64,000 nt of DNA from Felis catus (Eukaryota): positions 154,940,001 to 155,004,000 of the forward strand of contig NC_058368.1 in the NCBI RefSeq assembly GCF_018350175.1. Direction: 5' to 3'. The notes beneath the pieces are model-generated. The model was not told the DNA's origin. It saw only the letters and a program-made list of their open reading frames with translations, and did no database searches. The position numbers and the translations under genes were made by a program. Positions 24,622-38,430 of the stretch are shown in pieces. Every line of letters begins with the position of its first letter. Within the stretch, counting starts at the first letter, position 1.

Positions 24622-26687
24622 AGTCTCTCAAACTATCTTAAATTTTATATATGTGGAATTTTTATTTGACCCTAAATATATATGCAGGTTTGTATTATAT
24701 GTTTGCAAAATAGTTTCATAAACCATTTTTGTAGACCCTGTAAGCAATACTGATTCCAAGCTGCTTTAGAACAATTCAGATTCACAGGGTCCCTTAGCAC
24801 GTGCACAAAGGACACTTCTCTCAAGGGAAGAGAATCCACAAAAGAGAGTAACACTTAAGGAAAAAAATTATATATGGGCTGAAACTGTACATACACAATG
24901 TCACAAACAACCAAAAATCTGAGTAATCTAAAAACAGTATCAGTGAACCAAAAATTGGCCATGATAACATTTTACAACAATCAAACAAACCTGTCGAGAA
25001 AGGGTTCAGCCTCACAATAATCAGCTAATGCAATCCAAAGCTTCTAACTCACAAACAGGCTTGGATATTATTTTTCACCAAGAAAATAAACACTTGTCTT
25101 TGGACTGACTCCCATGTGGCAGAACCAGGGCAAGGCATTTATTGCTATTCTGCAGCTCTTTGAAAAATCAATCTGAAAGAGAGACTCTGCAGAAGACCCA
25201 TCTTCTTCTTGTTTCTCTGATATGTTGCACTCTTAAAATGAACTAAAGTAAAAGAAGAAAATGAAAGAGGCACACAGAGTAGCAAAGACAAATGATGGAG
25301 AAAGCAAAGCCAATGCTTCCAAACATCAAATCAGAGTGTTGCTCTTGTCCTGGAATTCCCCTAGAGTTACTTAGGACAAAAATCTGGTCCACTGAGATCA
25401 AAGCCAGGAAGAACAAAGGAAGTCAGAGTGATAAACAGCCTACTAGGAAGAAATCCCAAACAAACCCTGACAGTTTGTGGAATGACTGGAATAAAAATCA
25501 GCTGTTCAAACTAATCTCTCATTTCGTCCATCAAAATAAAGATGGGACTTTCAGTGTCCCTGACAAAAGCTGGGTATCCTGAGCCCGAGTACTTTTCTAA
25601 AGTGAGAGAACTATAACGTTTTAGCTTATTTATACTCAAAGTCAAACCAGGCCTTGCTTGCTTCCCTCTCAAGAAATTATTTTGAAAGAAGTCACATCCA
25701 CTCTCACTGTAGACCTTCTGAAACTATGAATGGGTTAGAAATTTTTAATAATGTCAAGCACACTAATGGTTCCATAATCCTAAGGCTTTTCTGTAGCATG
25801 CCACGTTGGTCACAGATAATATTAATAAAAAGTCTCCTGGATTTGTCCCATTTCCCAATTACCTAAACAAAGATGAAATATAATTTGAAACAGGATCTCA
25901 AATATCCTTCCATCTGTGTCAAAAGAAAATGCTTTTATTTTTCTATAGCTGAACCACTCCTTTTAAAAATTCTCCATCCTTCGGGCTAATGAAGATAGGG
26001 TTACTCCAACTGGGAAAGCTTAATTCAACTTACTAATTACAACAACCTTTACAGATAATTGTGTTTTTGAGTGGGCAAACGAAGACAATGTGTAGTCATT
26101 TGAAGTCCTACTCCCTAGTCTTGCTCCTATCTGAGAAGGCATGTTACTGTACAGGGAAGTGATGGCATGTGGCCTTGTGCTGGGTAGGGAATGAAAAAGG
26201 TTTGCTGATGTGCATGGTTCTCTCTGGATTCTTCGAAGTTCACAGCTGCAGTGTGGCTGAACTAGCTGTTCCCTGCACAGGTGACACCTGAGAAGCTACT
26301 GCAACCATCAGGCTCTCTCATTGAGATGTGCTGGTACTGTGGTATCAGCATTATCCATATGAGTTGACCCCTTTACCCTTAACCAAGATCTGATGGCCCC
26401 CAAGCTATATCAACACCGACTTCTCCCCATTGGGGCACTTATGGGTCACTGAGTGCTATGCTCATGCCATGTGGAAGGAGCAACACTGTCCAAAGCCAAT
26501 AAATCTTGCCTTTTCTTGCCCCCTCAGTGCCATACTGGAAGTGGCCAGGTTTATGGATTCTCCTGAAAGGTAGCAGCATGCTTATAAAAGGACACCACTA
26601 GCTCCTGTGTCCTAAGGCTTCCTGTAAAAAACCCTCCTAGTGATGATTGTGGTAAGGACAAACACTACTTAAGAATGAGAATGCTGT

Positions 26688-26894
26688 GGGGCACTTGGGT
26701 GGCTCAATCGGTTGAGCATCCAACTTCGGCTCAGGTCATGATCTCACAGTTTGTCGGTTCGAGCCCTGCGTTGGGATCTGTGCTGACAGCTCAGAGACTG
26801 GACCCTGCTTCAGATTCTGGGTCTCTCTCTGCCCCTCCCTTGCTCATGCTCTGTCTCTCTCTGTCTCAAAAATAAATATAAACACTTTTTAAAA
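26688..26894 (+). mobile_element. Feline SINE
   Basis: SINE consensus; TSD AAGAATGAGAATGCTG at 26671-26686 and 26895-26910. Confidence 0.95.
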
Positions 26895-28190
26895 AAGAAT
26901 GAGAATGCTGATTTATCACCAAATTTTTCTCTGTGTGTCTTTACTTTCTCTTGCCCATAATCTCTGGAGACCATTAGGGGCAGATTTCAGTTCTATCATA
27001 TATTCTTTATCAACCTCATGGTGAAGAGTCCTAGCCAGAAAGAATATAATTTCTATCCTACAGAAAATACTTTATGATCTGGATTCTGAAGGCTTGGTTT
27101 GATTTACTAAAGAAATTTACAAAGTTATATCTCTCCTCAAAGGACTATTTTTCTTCATATATTCTCAAATGAAGTGGACAAAAAATTCTGAATAAAGACC
27201 TTGTTCCAGAGACTATGTACCATTCCCCTGCAGAGCAAAAACTCAAAGTGCCATTGGGTGGGAAGTCTCAGAGAAAGTAGAGCAATAAGATATAGCAATA
27301 CATCTGAAAATATTTTTGGAAGTATTATCCACATTATACTTTGGACTAAGATTTTTAGATACATAAAAGTGTTATGAGGTTTGATATCATGGCTTTATCT
27401 TCTTCATGACACCTTCCAGGCTGAAGAGAATCATAATCACTCACCCTTCATAATGGATGGTAGGCATACAGAATTCTTTTGTAAAGCTGATCTATGCCTC
27501 CAGGTAAGGAACAGTGAAACCCTAATGACTGACAGAGGTCGATTTAAAGTTCAGGAAAACAATTGAATTGCCAGAAAGAATGAACCATGGTTATCTGCAC
27601 TTTCAAATAAATGATTACGTGAGATGGTCACAAGAGAGGGACCATGGGCAAAGTGCAGCAAGAGTCCTTAGAAAGCACTTGGTGGCCAGTCTTGGCTTCT
27701 CTCTATTACCCTGTTCTTTCAAACGCCCAACAAGAAGGTAAGTCATGAAGTTGAATAGTGGCAGGTAGAAAGAAAGAATCATAGCAGATATTTAAGCAGA
27801 TATTCAGGATCTATAGATACAAAGCTTGAGCTTTGAGGAAAGACGAAAGCAAAGAGGAAGATCTTTCTAGTCCAATGAAGTGTAGCCACCTACCTCCTGC
27901 AGAAATCAAGTCACAAAAATTTGAAATTGCAGAGAGATACAGTCCCTGTTTCGGCACAGGTTTGGAGGTGAGGTGGGATTATAAAAATATATGCCAAAGG
28001 AATACCCAAGGCTTCATGAGCATTCAGAATATCTGACAATGATCTCTTGTGTTTCCGACAGTAGAAACCTTAGTTGCCATTTTCCTAGTATGTTGTTTGG
28101 CATTTAATACAAATTACATGATTATCTTTTCTCTCTTCTCAAGTCAAGATACTACATCTGTGATACTAAATTTCTGGTCATAATTTATTT

Positions 28191-28402
28191 TAAAATTTTT
28201 TAACATTTATTTATTTTTGAGACAGAGAGAGACAGAGCATGAACAGGGGAGGGGCAGAGAGAGAGGGAGACACAGAATCGGAAGCAGGCTCCAGGCTCTG
28301 AGCCATCAGCCCAGAGCCTGACGCGGGGCTCAAACTCTCAGACTGCGAGATGGTGACCTGAGCTGAAGTTGGACGCTCAACCAACTGAGCCACCTAAGCG
28401 CC
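28191..28402 (-). mobile_element. Feline SINE
   Basis: Reverse SINE consensus; only a short TATTTTA direct repeat. Confidence 0.93.
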
Positions 28403-28957
28403 ACTATTTTACTATTCTAAGTGGTGTCTGATTCTAATCAGCCCCTAGTCCATAATGGCTGAATTTGGCTTCCTCTGTCCTTTTCAGAGCCCCAGGGACA
28501 TATAGGTCAGCTGTATGCTTACAGGAAATAGGAAAAGGATGCAAAGGAAGCAAACTTTGCCTAGATGGGGAGAATTAAACTGCATATCTTCAAAACTAGA
28601 GTAAACAGAAGTCCAATTGCCCTCTTCCTTGTTTCCATTAATTGTGAACCTAATAATAAGTACACTTCTTTGACAGTTAAGAACATGGTCATTCACAAAG
28701 TAAAAGCTTCATGAGCAAACTTGTTCTGGAACATCTAGGAATAGGCCAATATTAAGTGAATAAAACTATTTCAGGAAACCTATATTCCCCTCCCCTCCCC
28801 AAAGTGTAATGATATTAATACATTTTGGATAATCGAATTAGCCAAATATCAGTGTCCTTGAAAAAAGAATATAATCTATGTTGAATACTTGGGCAATTTT
28901 TTCCCAGGGCAAATAATTATTGTCAAAAATTATTTAAAAATCTACAAATCACTTTAT

Positions 28958-29070
28958 ACATTTATTCAACAAGTACTTGTTGAACAATACTATGTGTCAC
29001 ACATTCTTCAAGGTTTGAGAAATTCAACAACTAACAAAACATACAACTCCATGCCCTATTAACATTGATG
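28958..29070 (-). mobile_element. L2 3'-end fragment
   Basis: 'attcaacaagtacttgttgaacaatactatgtgtc' is the antisense L2 terminus. Confidence 0.6.
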
Positions 29071-29329
29071 GTGTTTCTTCATGATTGCTGCTGGAAGGCT
29101 TTCAGAAAAAATTGTACACCACTTCAAGCAGCTGTAGAAAACCTTGTAGCATTTTCTTAACTAATCTCACTTGTCGCTTCCTCTGGTTTTCCTATCTTTA
29201 TTTTCATTTTTGTTACATTTTTATTACTTATTTTCTATTTATTTTATTTTTTATCCATACATCACTGAAATTTTCTTTTGAAAAAAAAATGGGAGAAAAT
29301 TAAATCAAATTTAAAATTCTTTTGATCTA

Positions 29330-29840
29330 AGGTATTCTTCCTGAGTTGCAAATCCACAGTTTGGATGTCTATTCTTTGGTGCTCCATAAGCATCTGAAGT
29401 TATAAACACTAAGTCAAACATCCTTTTCCAAAATCCTATTCACCCATCTTATATTCCCTGTAATGTTAAAGCCAACACCCACAAACAAATTGACCAATAC
29501 AGAAACTTACATATCTTCCTCAAATTCTTCCCTTTCATTATCAAACCTATACTGTGAGTTCTACACTTCATACTTCTTTTAAATCTCTCCCTTTCTAGTT
29601 AGTTATTACTGGCACTATCTTATTTAAAGACTCTCAGCCATGGTTATATAGATTCCTGCATTATAATGTGTAGTTCCTTTCATTCTTTAACAAGATAAGT
29701 CCTTTAAAAACATAAATACAAATTTGATCAAGTCACTTTACTGCTCAATATTTCATTGAACATACCCTGCCCCTCTAGCATCAGGCCCCATCTTTCTCTC
29801 CAATGAAGTGTGTGCAGAAATGTTTTGAGATGAATGAATT
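29330..29840 (+). mobile_element. L2 fragment
   Basis: Diverged L2-like body ending in 'aaatgttttgagatgaatgaat'. Confidence 0.5.
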
Positions 29841-30584
29841 ATTTACAGGTGTAAATTTAAAAATATTTTATACTTTTATTATCAACATTTTAATTAAAAT
29901 CTCACTATAAACTCATTAGAGGAGCATGGGATTCAGAGAAAACATGATGATAGAAAAAAAAATTTTCAGTTGTCAATACATTGAGTCAGGATACCTTCCC
30001 TTAAAAAAAAATTATTGTAGCTAAATTAGATCAAGTTCCACTGGTGATAGTCAAGTTTAATAAATCACATTTAACCCAGCTCTTACTTTCATATAAGAGC
30101 TAAAAATAGAATTATAAAAATCAATATGTTAGGAAAAAAAGAGATTAAAATGCAGAAAACAGAATAATAGATATGTAAGATTATGTCAGATGGAAAAAGT
30201 GAGAAGAAAATACTTTTAAAAGAAGAGGAAAAAGCCATAAAGGAAGCAATTTAGAATTAAAAGAAATAGACATTATCTTCTGTTCTTTTTTGTTCTTCTT
30301 TTACACATCCAACCATAGTTTGGGCATCTCAAAGTTGTTTAACTGAATATAGTTGGAATGCACTCAATTTTGTGTATCATCCCACAAATTTCATACATTT
30401 AATACTTATGAAAATTATAACTTACTGTAATTTTCACATTTAAACCATATTTGAGAATCATATCTAACACCTACATCTCACAATTCTTGAAAGTGACAGA
30501 ATTATGTGAATTTCTGATTTTCAAATTAAAATATTTTTGTCATCAGAAATTTGCTGGGTTGTCATTTTCCTCTAGATGACAATT

Positions 30585-31024
30585 TAATTGAGTTAAATAC
30601 TGTCTCCCCCAAATTCATGTCTACCCAAAATCTCAGAATTGACCTTATTTGGAAATAAAGTGTTTGCAGATGTAATTAGTTACAATGAGGTCACATTGTA
30701 TGAAGTTGCCCCCTAAGTCCAATGACCAGTGTCATTATAAGAACGGAGAGATTTTGACAGAGACACAAACATACAGGGATAACACAATGTGACAACAGAG
30801 AGTTTGAAGTGAAGATTCTAAGAAACACCAAGAATCACCAGATACTACCATAAGCTAGAAGATACATCGACAAGATTCTTTCGTAGAGGCATCAGAGGGA
30901 ACATCGCCCTGCCAATCATTTGATTTCAGACTTGTAGCCCACAAAACTGTGAAAAAATAAATTTCTGTTTTTCAGGTTACCCAGCTTGTGACAATGTGTT
31001 ATGGCCACCCTAGGAAACTGATAA
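30585..31024 (+). mobile_element. Solo MLT1 (MLT1C-like) ERVL-MaLR LTR
   Basis: 'ccccaaattcatgtc...gaccttatttggaaata..gtgtttgcagatgtaattagtta' and 3' 'aataaatttctgtt...ttatggccaccctaggaaact' are diagnostic of MLT1. Confidence 0.85.
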
Positions 31025-31149
31025 AATAAAAAAATTCTTTATATTAAATTATTCTGGGATTGAGTTGTAAAAGAAGTTGTGATGCGTTTGGTTGCAAAAA
31101 TTAAACAAATACATTTTCAAGAAATATCTACTTAGAGGTATGCTTTTAA

Positions 31150-31363
31150 GGGAGCCTGGGTGGCTCAGTCAGTTGAGCATCCAACTTTGGCTCAGGTAAT
31201 GATCTCACAGTTCATGAGTTTGAGCCCCACATCAGGCTCTGTGTGGACAAGCTCAGAGCCTGAAGCCTACTTTGGATTCTGTGTCTCTCTTTCTGTCTGC
31301 CCTCCCCTGTTCATGCTCTGTCTCTCTCACTCTCAAAAATAAAAACTTACAATTAAAAAAATT
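31150..31363 (+). mobile_element. Feline SINE
   Basis: SINE consensus; TSD TTAGAGGTATG(C/A)TTTTA. Confidence 0.95.
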
Positions 31364-31769
31364 TTAGAGGTATGATTTTATATAGAAGTGGATCAGCTCC
31401 CTTGACTTTATCCTTTTCCTTTCCCTAAAACTGTAAAAAATAATTTTGTTTTAATCAGAAGATGGTTTATAATGTCAATGTAATTAAAACAGGATAACTG
31501 GGTAGAATATCTCCATCCCAGGATATCCAATATCCTTACCACTCTTCGATTCCCACCATCCCCCTTCCCTTGCCAAGGAAATGGGTAAAGTCCATAAGGG
31601 TCATAAACCAGATGGACTCAATCCCTGATTTGAGCCTCCATTAACATCACCAGAGGCTCTTTACCACTGTCTGAAAATGGGCTAAACTTCACTCTAGAGA
31701 ACTTGCCTTGGAAATATTTCAAAATAAATACTTAAAAGGGACTAATTTCTCAAAGGAAGAAGGGACCTT

Positions 31770-31910
31770 GGAAAACATCTGTTTCATTCCTCTCATTTTA
31801 AAGACAAGAAAACTAAGATCAAAAGAGCTCAAGTGGCTTACCTTGGTTACACAGATAATTCACGATAGAATCATAGCTTGAGCCCACATCTCCAAACTCT
31901 TCTGAACCCT
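31770..31910 (-). mobile_element. MIR fragment
   Basis: 'ctcattttaaagacaagaaaactaag...aagtggcttaccttggttacacag' antisense MIR core. Confidence 0.65.
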
Positions 31911-33310
31911 ATTATCCTTCCACTGCAGCTCCTATCTGGTATCTGTATTTGATCAGATACTCACAAACTCTCCCTCACCATTTCTCATGTTACAAGAAGC
32001 AGTCAAATGTGCTTTCTTTGGTTTTGCTTTTGAGAAACCTCTATATTTGGAGTCTTCAAATATTTTTAACATGGCAAAATGTACTAACAGATAAATAATG
32101 CACTCAGTGCAACTCTTCTTTTCCTAAGAGAATTAGTGTTTGTGGCAGATGCTACATTGACAGACTTGAAGACTTGTTTTCAAATTATTACCAGAATATT
32201 TAAATCATAAAAAAAGTATAGCAAATAATTAAACTTATGTTTACCAGCCTGGAACGTCTTTTCAATATGTCAGTGGATTGAAAGTAAGTTCCACAACAGA
32301 GATTGAAGATGGTTACAAACTGTATCTATATCCAACAGAGATGTAATAGTAAAACACACACACATAAAAATATGATAAACACATGCACACCACAAACACA
32401 CACAAACACACACATGTATATAAATGACAGAAGCAAAACTGCCTTGAGAAACAGAAATGTTCATTTAGAAATCTACAATAAATTTGAAGTTGTAATCAAT
32501 GGCCAAGTTCTGGTCGTGCTTGATGCCAAGAAGAAAAGTAATGGCTAAGTGAATACAATTAATCACTGTATTTACATAAGTATCATTTTCCTATGTAAAG
32601 AGCTACCCTGGTGAGTGTTATAACACTTGTCAATTAGTTCTAATTAGTGTTTCTGCCTCTAAATGCTTGACTCCACTTTCAATTACAATTGTTTGCTTGT
32701 CTATCTTAACAACTACTGTACTAGATACAGTGGCATGAGGTCTGCTAAAATTTTAAGCATCAACTATCCAACCTCATCGCTTCCTCAGGTAAGCAATGCC
32801 ATGCTGCCCTCTGTGTAGGTATAGCGTTTTCTTGGACTTGTTATGGGCACCCAAGGAGGACCCAATTATTGGCTCCACTCATGAAGACAAATTAAACTCC
32901 TTCCTCAGATAGCCTCCAGAAACAACTAAAAACTTCATTGCAATGGTTTTGCAACAACTCAGCCCTTGAACTTGGTCATCCCTTAGCGTATCTATAAACA
33001 GCTCTGAGAGCAGAGGTATAAGAGATTGACTGAAATGGAAGACATCTGTCAGCAAGTGACTTGAACACATAACATGGAATCAAATTTCTCCTTCGTGAGT
33101 ATATTTGTAGTAATTGGTAACTATCTAGGGATGTGAATAACTAGGGATGTGTATTTTATATGTTTTTCTATATTTTCCATTCCATCAGAATTCTGGTTTT
33201 CTTAGAGGTGGCAACATGTACAGATCTTTAAGAATGTTTTGACAGCATGAATATTTAGGTATTTTCTCTTATGAGATTTCTTTAAAAAGTCAAATTATCC
33301 AGACACTTGA

Positions 33311-33470
33311 GTGGCACTTGGGTGGCTCAGTCAGTTAAACACCTGACTCTTGGTTTCAGTTCAGGTCATGATCTCACAGCTTTATGAGTTTGGCCCCATG
33401 TCGGGCTCTGTGCTCACAGTGCAGAAACTGCTTTGGATTCTCTCTCCCTCTCTCTGCCCCTCCCTGGCTG

Positions 33471-33518
<48 letters not shown>

Positions 33519-33546
33519 AAAATAAATAAATAATTAATTTTTTTTT
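33311..33546 (+). mobile_element. Older carnivore/feline SINE with expanded (CT)n
   Basis: SINE body; TSD AAGTCAAA(T/C)TATCCAGA. Confidence 0.93.
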
Positions 33547-34949
33547 AAGTCAAACTATCCAGAAAATGAACTTTGTCCCTAACTAACAGTAATTTCCTGC
33601 TGACTTGCTCTGACTCTCCCATAGAAATTCACCTGTGTCTATAGACTGTGCTCTTTAGTCTTGAGAAGCTGAAGGGAAAGTATGGCAAATAAATGGAGGT
33701 GAGCAATGTTCCGTTCATTCTTTCAAGGATCTTGGAGGAAAGGTTTGTCAGCCCTGTAGGTGGGCACGGCCTTCTGGGAGACTAGTGATAATGGCTGCTG
33801 CATGGCCCACAACAAGGTCTGAGCAGATACCTGCCAAGAAAGACAGTAAGACCAAGCCTTCTGGTGATTCCAAAAGTTTAGCAAATATTTCCTCAGGGAG
33901 ACAAGAAAGAGAAGCCCATCAATTTTCTATAGCCATGTTTTTAATCCTAAATTAACCATTTTAAACCGAAAAAATATCCATAGGAAGTTCAGAAGACTCC
34001 AAACCTTTCTTTGAATATGTTGTGATCATAGATTTCTAGGTTCAAACATGGAAGTTAGGGAATCAGGAACTCAGGAGAACTGGTTCTAAAATGTGATAGC
34101 AATGTGATCTTAAGTGGAGATGCCTCATGAGAAGATAACAGGCAGAAATTTTTCAATTATCTCGATTTAGAAAACTTATTTCTCTAATTTATACCTAGAG
34201 CAGTTTGACACACCTACTTCTGAAATGAGAATTTGAGTAGAGTCATAATTCTGATATCGTAAAGTCAAAGTGTAGTGTCAAGTTTGCATTGATCAGGAAA
34301 CTGAATCAATAAACAACTAAAGTCTCAAGAAGATGCATTGTATGGAAAGGCTGATTGATTTCATACATATCAATATATGCCTGAATCTAGTTATGTAATA
34401 TGTTCTCACTGCTTTAAAAAAAAATACAAGACCCTAAGAAATGCCCTTAATATTTTTTTTATTTTTTAAAATGTAACTAATTTGTTGAATAATTATTATT
34501 AACTAGAGGTCAAAGAATAGTTGGTGAAAGTGCAATCTTCATTCACATACATAACCCAGAAATCTTAAACATCTATTTGAGAAAATAATAGGTAGAATTA
34601 AGTGATTATGGGACTAGCAGAAGGCATTTTGGGGGACTTTTTGTAGACTTTCAGCAAACATAACTATTCCTTTTGTCTGTACAGAAGATATATGGTCATA
34701 TATGATAGCTTTGAGATAATTGCTTTGTTTTCTTTGATGAAGAATTACACCAAATTATGTTTTAGGTTATAAATTACTGTAATAAAATTGTTAAAATGGT
34801 ATTGTAAATTTATTCACTCTTTTTGGAGCAAAATTTATAATTTCTATTAAATATATTTAATAACTATCATTTATAAAATCCTCATCATATGCTAGGCACT
34901 GTCCTAAGGACTTATAGTCATTCTTAAAACAACACCATAAGGTAGGTCA

Positions 34950-35851
34950 ATATATTTCATGAAATCTAGAAAGCCATTAATTATAAAGGGCACCTTTATA
35001 TTATATATAACTAAGAGTATGAAAAAAACCGACTGAATTATATGTGCAATGCTTTCTTGCCATTCATAACTTTTATTTTTAGTTACTCAAAGAGCTTTTC
35101 TACTGTAGACTTGAACTTTATCATATGTCATTCCTATGGATACATAACACTGACTATATGAATTAAATCAATTGGTTGAGATTTTCCACAGTTGGGGTCC
35201 AATTCTTCCTAAATACTTTTTTACTCAGAATTAACAATGTCTGTGTTTTTCTGCCAACTATTATCCACTATATCATCAAGATTGTTGGTGATGCAATATC
35301 TTTAAACAATTCTCGGGGTGCCTGGGTGACTCATTAGGTTAAGTGTCCAACTCTTGATTTCAGCTCAGGTCATGATCTGAGACAGAGCTCAACATCAGGC
35401 TCTGCACGATCAGCTTAGGATTTTCTCTCTTCCTCTCTCTCTGCCCCTCCCCCACTCATGGTCCTCCCTTCCACCTCTCAAAATAAATAAACATTTAAAG
35501 AATTCTCTACTAACATCTCTATGGTTTTCTATCAGGTTTTTGACACCCATTTGGCAACTTTTGTTATTGGCACTTTTTTATTAAATGAAAGTGTCAACAG
35601 AAGGTTGACCAGGGCTCCCATTCCTCCCTTCAAGGTCCCTAAATGGCTTGTTGAAGGGTTGAAGGGCTGAAGGGTTGAAGGATGACAAATGTCTGGTCAT
35701 GGAACCAGTAATAACAACGTAGGTGCACATACGTCAACAATGACATTGATGTCATGTTGCTATCTAGCTGACAAGGATTGTTAAAATGGCATTAACAGGG
35801 AGATGGATTCTGACCTGAGAAATGCTAAATTACTGGAAGAAATGAAATACT
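34950..35851. mobile_element. TcMar-Tc2 (Kanga-like) DNA transposon relic interrupted by a SINE
   Basis: Starts 'tatttcatgaaatctagaaagccattaattataaagggcacc' and ends 'atgaaatac', resembling Tc2-type terminal inverted repeats. Confidence 0.55.
35315..35493 (+). mobile_element. Older carnivore SINE (internally shortened)
   Basis: SINE head/tail; direct repeat TTTAAA(C/G)AATTCTC. Confidence 0.9.
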
Positions 35852-35889
35852 AGAAGGCAGAAATCATGAGAGACGGCTTTGCATAGTGC

Positions 35890-36070
35890 TCTGTAGCCAG
35901 ACTGCATGAGTGCTGTACTCATACAAGAGGGAGGTATGCAACCTAGCTCTTCTACTTACTAGCTACATGACCTTGGATATACTATTTAACCTTTTTACTC
36001 TTTTAGTTCTCTCATCCACAAAGTAAATAGAACAATGGTAACCTTGCCTTTCAAGGTTATTTTGAAAATT
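35890..36070 (+). mobile_element. MIR fragment
   Basis: 'acttactagctacatgaccttggatatactatttaacc' MIR core. Confidence 0.6.
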
Positions 36071-36089
36071 AAAAGCAGTAGTAAGTGAT

Positions 36090-36660
36090 AACACTTCTGG
36101 GTATTTATTCCATAGAAATGCTCACAAATGTATAATTATATACAAATCCAAAGATACACATGTGAATGACCCTTGTTTTTAATGTTGAAAAATTAGAAAC
36201 TCCTAAATTTCTCTCAATATATTAGTTATATAAATTACAGTATATAAAGCAGAAAAATACTACAGTAGTCCCCCATCCCCTATGGTTTCACTTTCTATGG
36301 TTTCAGGTAACCATGGTCAACTGTGATCCAGAAACTGATGATCCTCCTTCTGACATATTGTCAGAAGGGAAATAGTAGCCTAGTGCCTACATGTGCTGAC
36401 ATGGAACAATAACCAGGATATATTAAATGAAAATGCAAGTTTTTAGAGTGGAATAGCTCCATATTTGAAATAAATAAACAAGCAAATGGACAATCATATA
36501 TATGTATGTTTATGTTCATATGAGTATATATATGTGTTTGAATATTTTTTAAAATGTCTAAAAGCTTGCTACTCAAATATTAACAGTGGTTGATTCTGAG
36601 GGATAGGATTACCTATGCTTTATTTATTTCTTTATTTCTTGAAATTTTACACTGAGTTAT
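36090..36660 (+). mobile_element. Ancient L1ME-like 3' fragment
   Basis: 'cacttctgggtatttattccatagaaatgctcacaaatgt' and 3'-UTR-like 'taacagtggttgattctgagggataggatta'. Confidence 0.55.
36263..36390. mobile_element. MER44/Tigger7-like TcMar-Tigger fragment nested in L1
   Basis: TA followed by 'cagtagtccccc...ggtttcactttc..tggtttcag.taaccatggtcaactgtg' resembles MER44 terminus. Confidence 0.65.
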
Positions 36661-36853
36661 AAAACATTAATAATCACAAAGAATTAAAATTACTATAGGA
36701 CAACATAGTTTTATGTTACATACTTATTTAACCTATACATTATATATATAAGAAAAAACTATGTACGCAAATAAGATGCTATAAAAATAAAAGGAATGTA
36801 ACTGAATCTGAGCAATAATTTCCCTGAACACGTCACCAAAAATAAAATTACCA

Positions 36854-37056
36854 GGGCACCTGGGTGGCTTAGTTGGTTAAGCGACTGACTCTTGATTTTG
36901 GCTCAGGTCATGATCTCAGGATTCTTGGGATCTCGCCCTGCCTTAAGACTCTACTCTGACAGTGCAGAGCCTGATGAGAATTCTCTCTCTCCCTCCTTCT
37001 CTGCTCTTCCTCATTCACTTTCTCTCTCCCTTTTCTCAAAATAAATAACTAAACTA
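36854..37056 (+). mobile_element. Older carnivore SINE
   Basis: SINE head with 'ctcttgattttggctcagg' variant, (CT) tract and tail. Confidence 0.9.
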
Positions 37057-37169
37057 AACTGACCTAGGTCAATTTTTTTTTTCTGTCAATTGATATTCAC
37101 CAGATATATGTCAGCACATTCTTTCACCATCCTTTGGCATTCCCTCTTTATTCTGTACATCCTTCTCCC

Positions 37170-37380
37170 TATTTTATTTTATTTTTTTTATTTTGTTTTA
37201 TTTATTTATTATGAGACAGAATGTGAGTGGAGGAGAGGCAGAGAGAGAGAGGGGGGGAAAGAGAATCCTGAGCAGGCTCCGCTCTGTCATCACGGAGACC
37301 AACACAGGGCTCAAACCCAAGAAACCGCGAGACCATAACCTGAGCAGAAACCAAGAGTCTGACGCCACCCAGGCACCCCC
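37170..37380 (-). mobile_element. Older carnivore SINE
   Basis: Reverse SINE ending 'gccacccaggcacccc'. Confidence 0.9.
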
Positions 37381-38250
37381 TTTTCCTTAAAATATATCTA
37401 AATGGGGAGTTCTCTATCCCTAGACTCTGCTATCTAGCTATACCAGACACCCTCATCTCTCCCACAGACACAGTCCAACTAAAAAATGCGAGCCATTTCC
37501 GAATTCATCCTCTATAATGTGAATTCAAAAGCTACCTGAAATCACTTGCACAAATGAGGCTTAGGAAACTGCTCCCTTCTGTCCAGAACCCTGCTTTTCC
37601 TGTGTCTTGATCATGTAGAAGACAGAGCCTTATATAAGGATATTTGACATACAAATGTTCTCTTCAGAGTCAAGCCACGGACCTTGACATGAAAAACACA
37701 TTTTGGATTTGTATATGATTTTCAAGCACTGTACTTCCAGGTAAACAAAATTCATTGTATAGAGGAAACAAAAGTAATGGAAGCCAACAGATGAACAGAG
37801 ATGAGGTGGCATGCTATGCTTAGAAAATATTTATATGTAAATGAGAATCTATGGTAGCTCAGGTTCATTCTTGAAATACTTTGTGTACTGCCACCAAAGG
37901 AAAGGAATAAAACAAGAAGCTTACAGGGACCTGCCATCAGCAGCATTTCTACATCTCCATTTCATTAAGGTATCCTGGCTATCAGCTAAAGAGTTTTCTC
38001 TTAGGAAGCCATGCATATTCCTCTTTAATTGATTCTTTTACCTTAAAAGGTAAGCTTCTTAACACAAACATCTTGACATCCTCATTATTAGCATAAAAGT
38101 ATAAATTGGTACAAGCCTTTGGAGAGGAAACCAAGAAAAACACTCCCATGCAGATTTCTGAATTAGCATCCAAATCACACTCCTAAGAACGAAGAATACT
38201 GAATTCTTAACATGGGTCTGGAACTTTACTAAGTGGTTTACAAGGATCAG

Positions 38251-38430
38251 CCAGTGAGGTGCTGGTAAACCTCCTCTCTAGGAAGGGAAAGGACAACTCG
38301 AATTTATAGCAGTTGCCAAATTCCGTGGCATAAATACTGCCCCCATGGCTAATTTTAAACTACCAAGATGTCAATATCCAGCTCTCAGAATTCCTGAATA
38401 ATTAACAATCGGCCAGCTCCAGCTCATCAT
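38251..38430. mobile_element. MER63-like hAT-Blackjack relic
   Basis: 'ccagtgaggtgctggtaaa' start and 'tttatagcagttgccaaattccgtggcataaatact' match recalled MER63 consensus. Confidence 0.7.

Noticed and set aside
26200..26560. Possible LTR relic
   Set aside because: GC-richer with an AATAAA, but I could not match it to any consensus.
36346..36368. 10-bp hairpin CCTTCTGACA-TAT-TGTCAGAAGG
   Set aside because: Lies within the Tigger-type relic and is probably inherited from the transposon.
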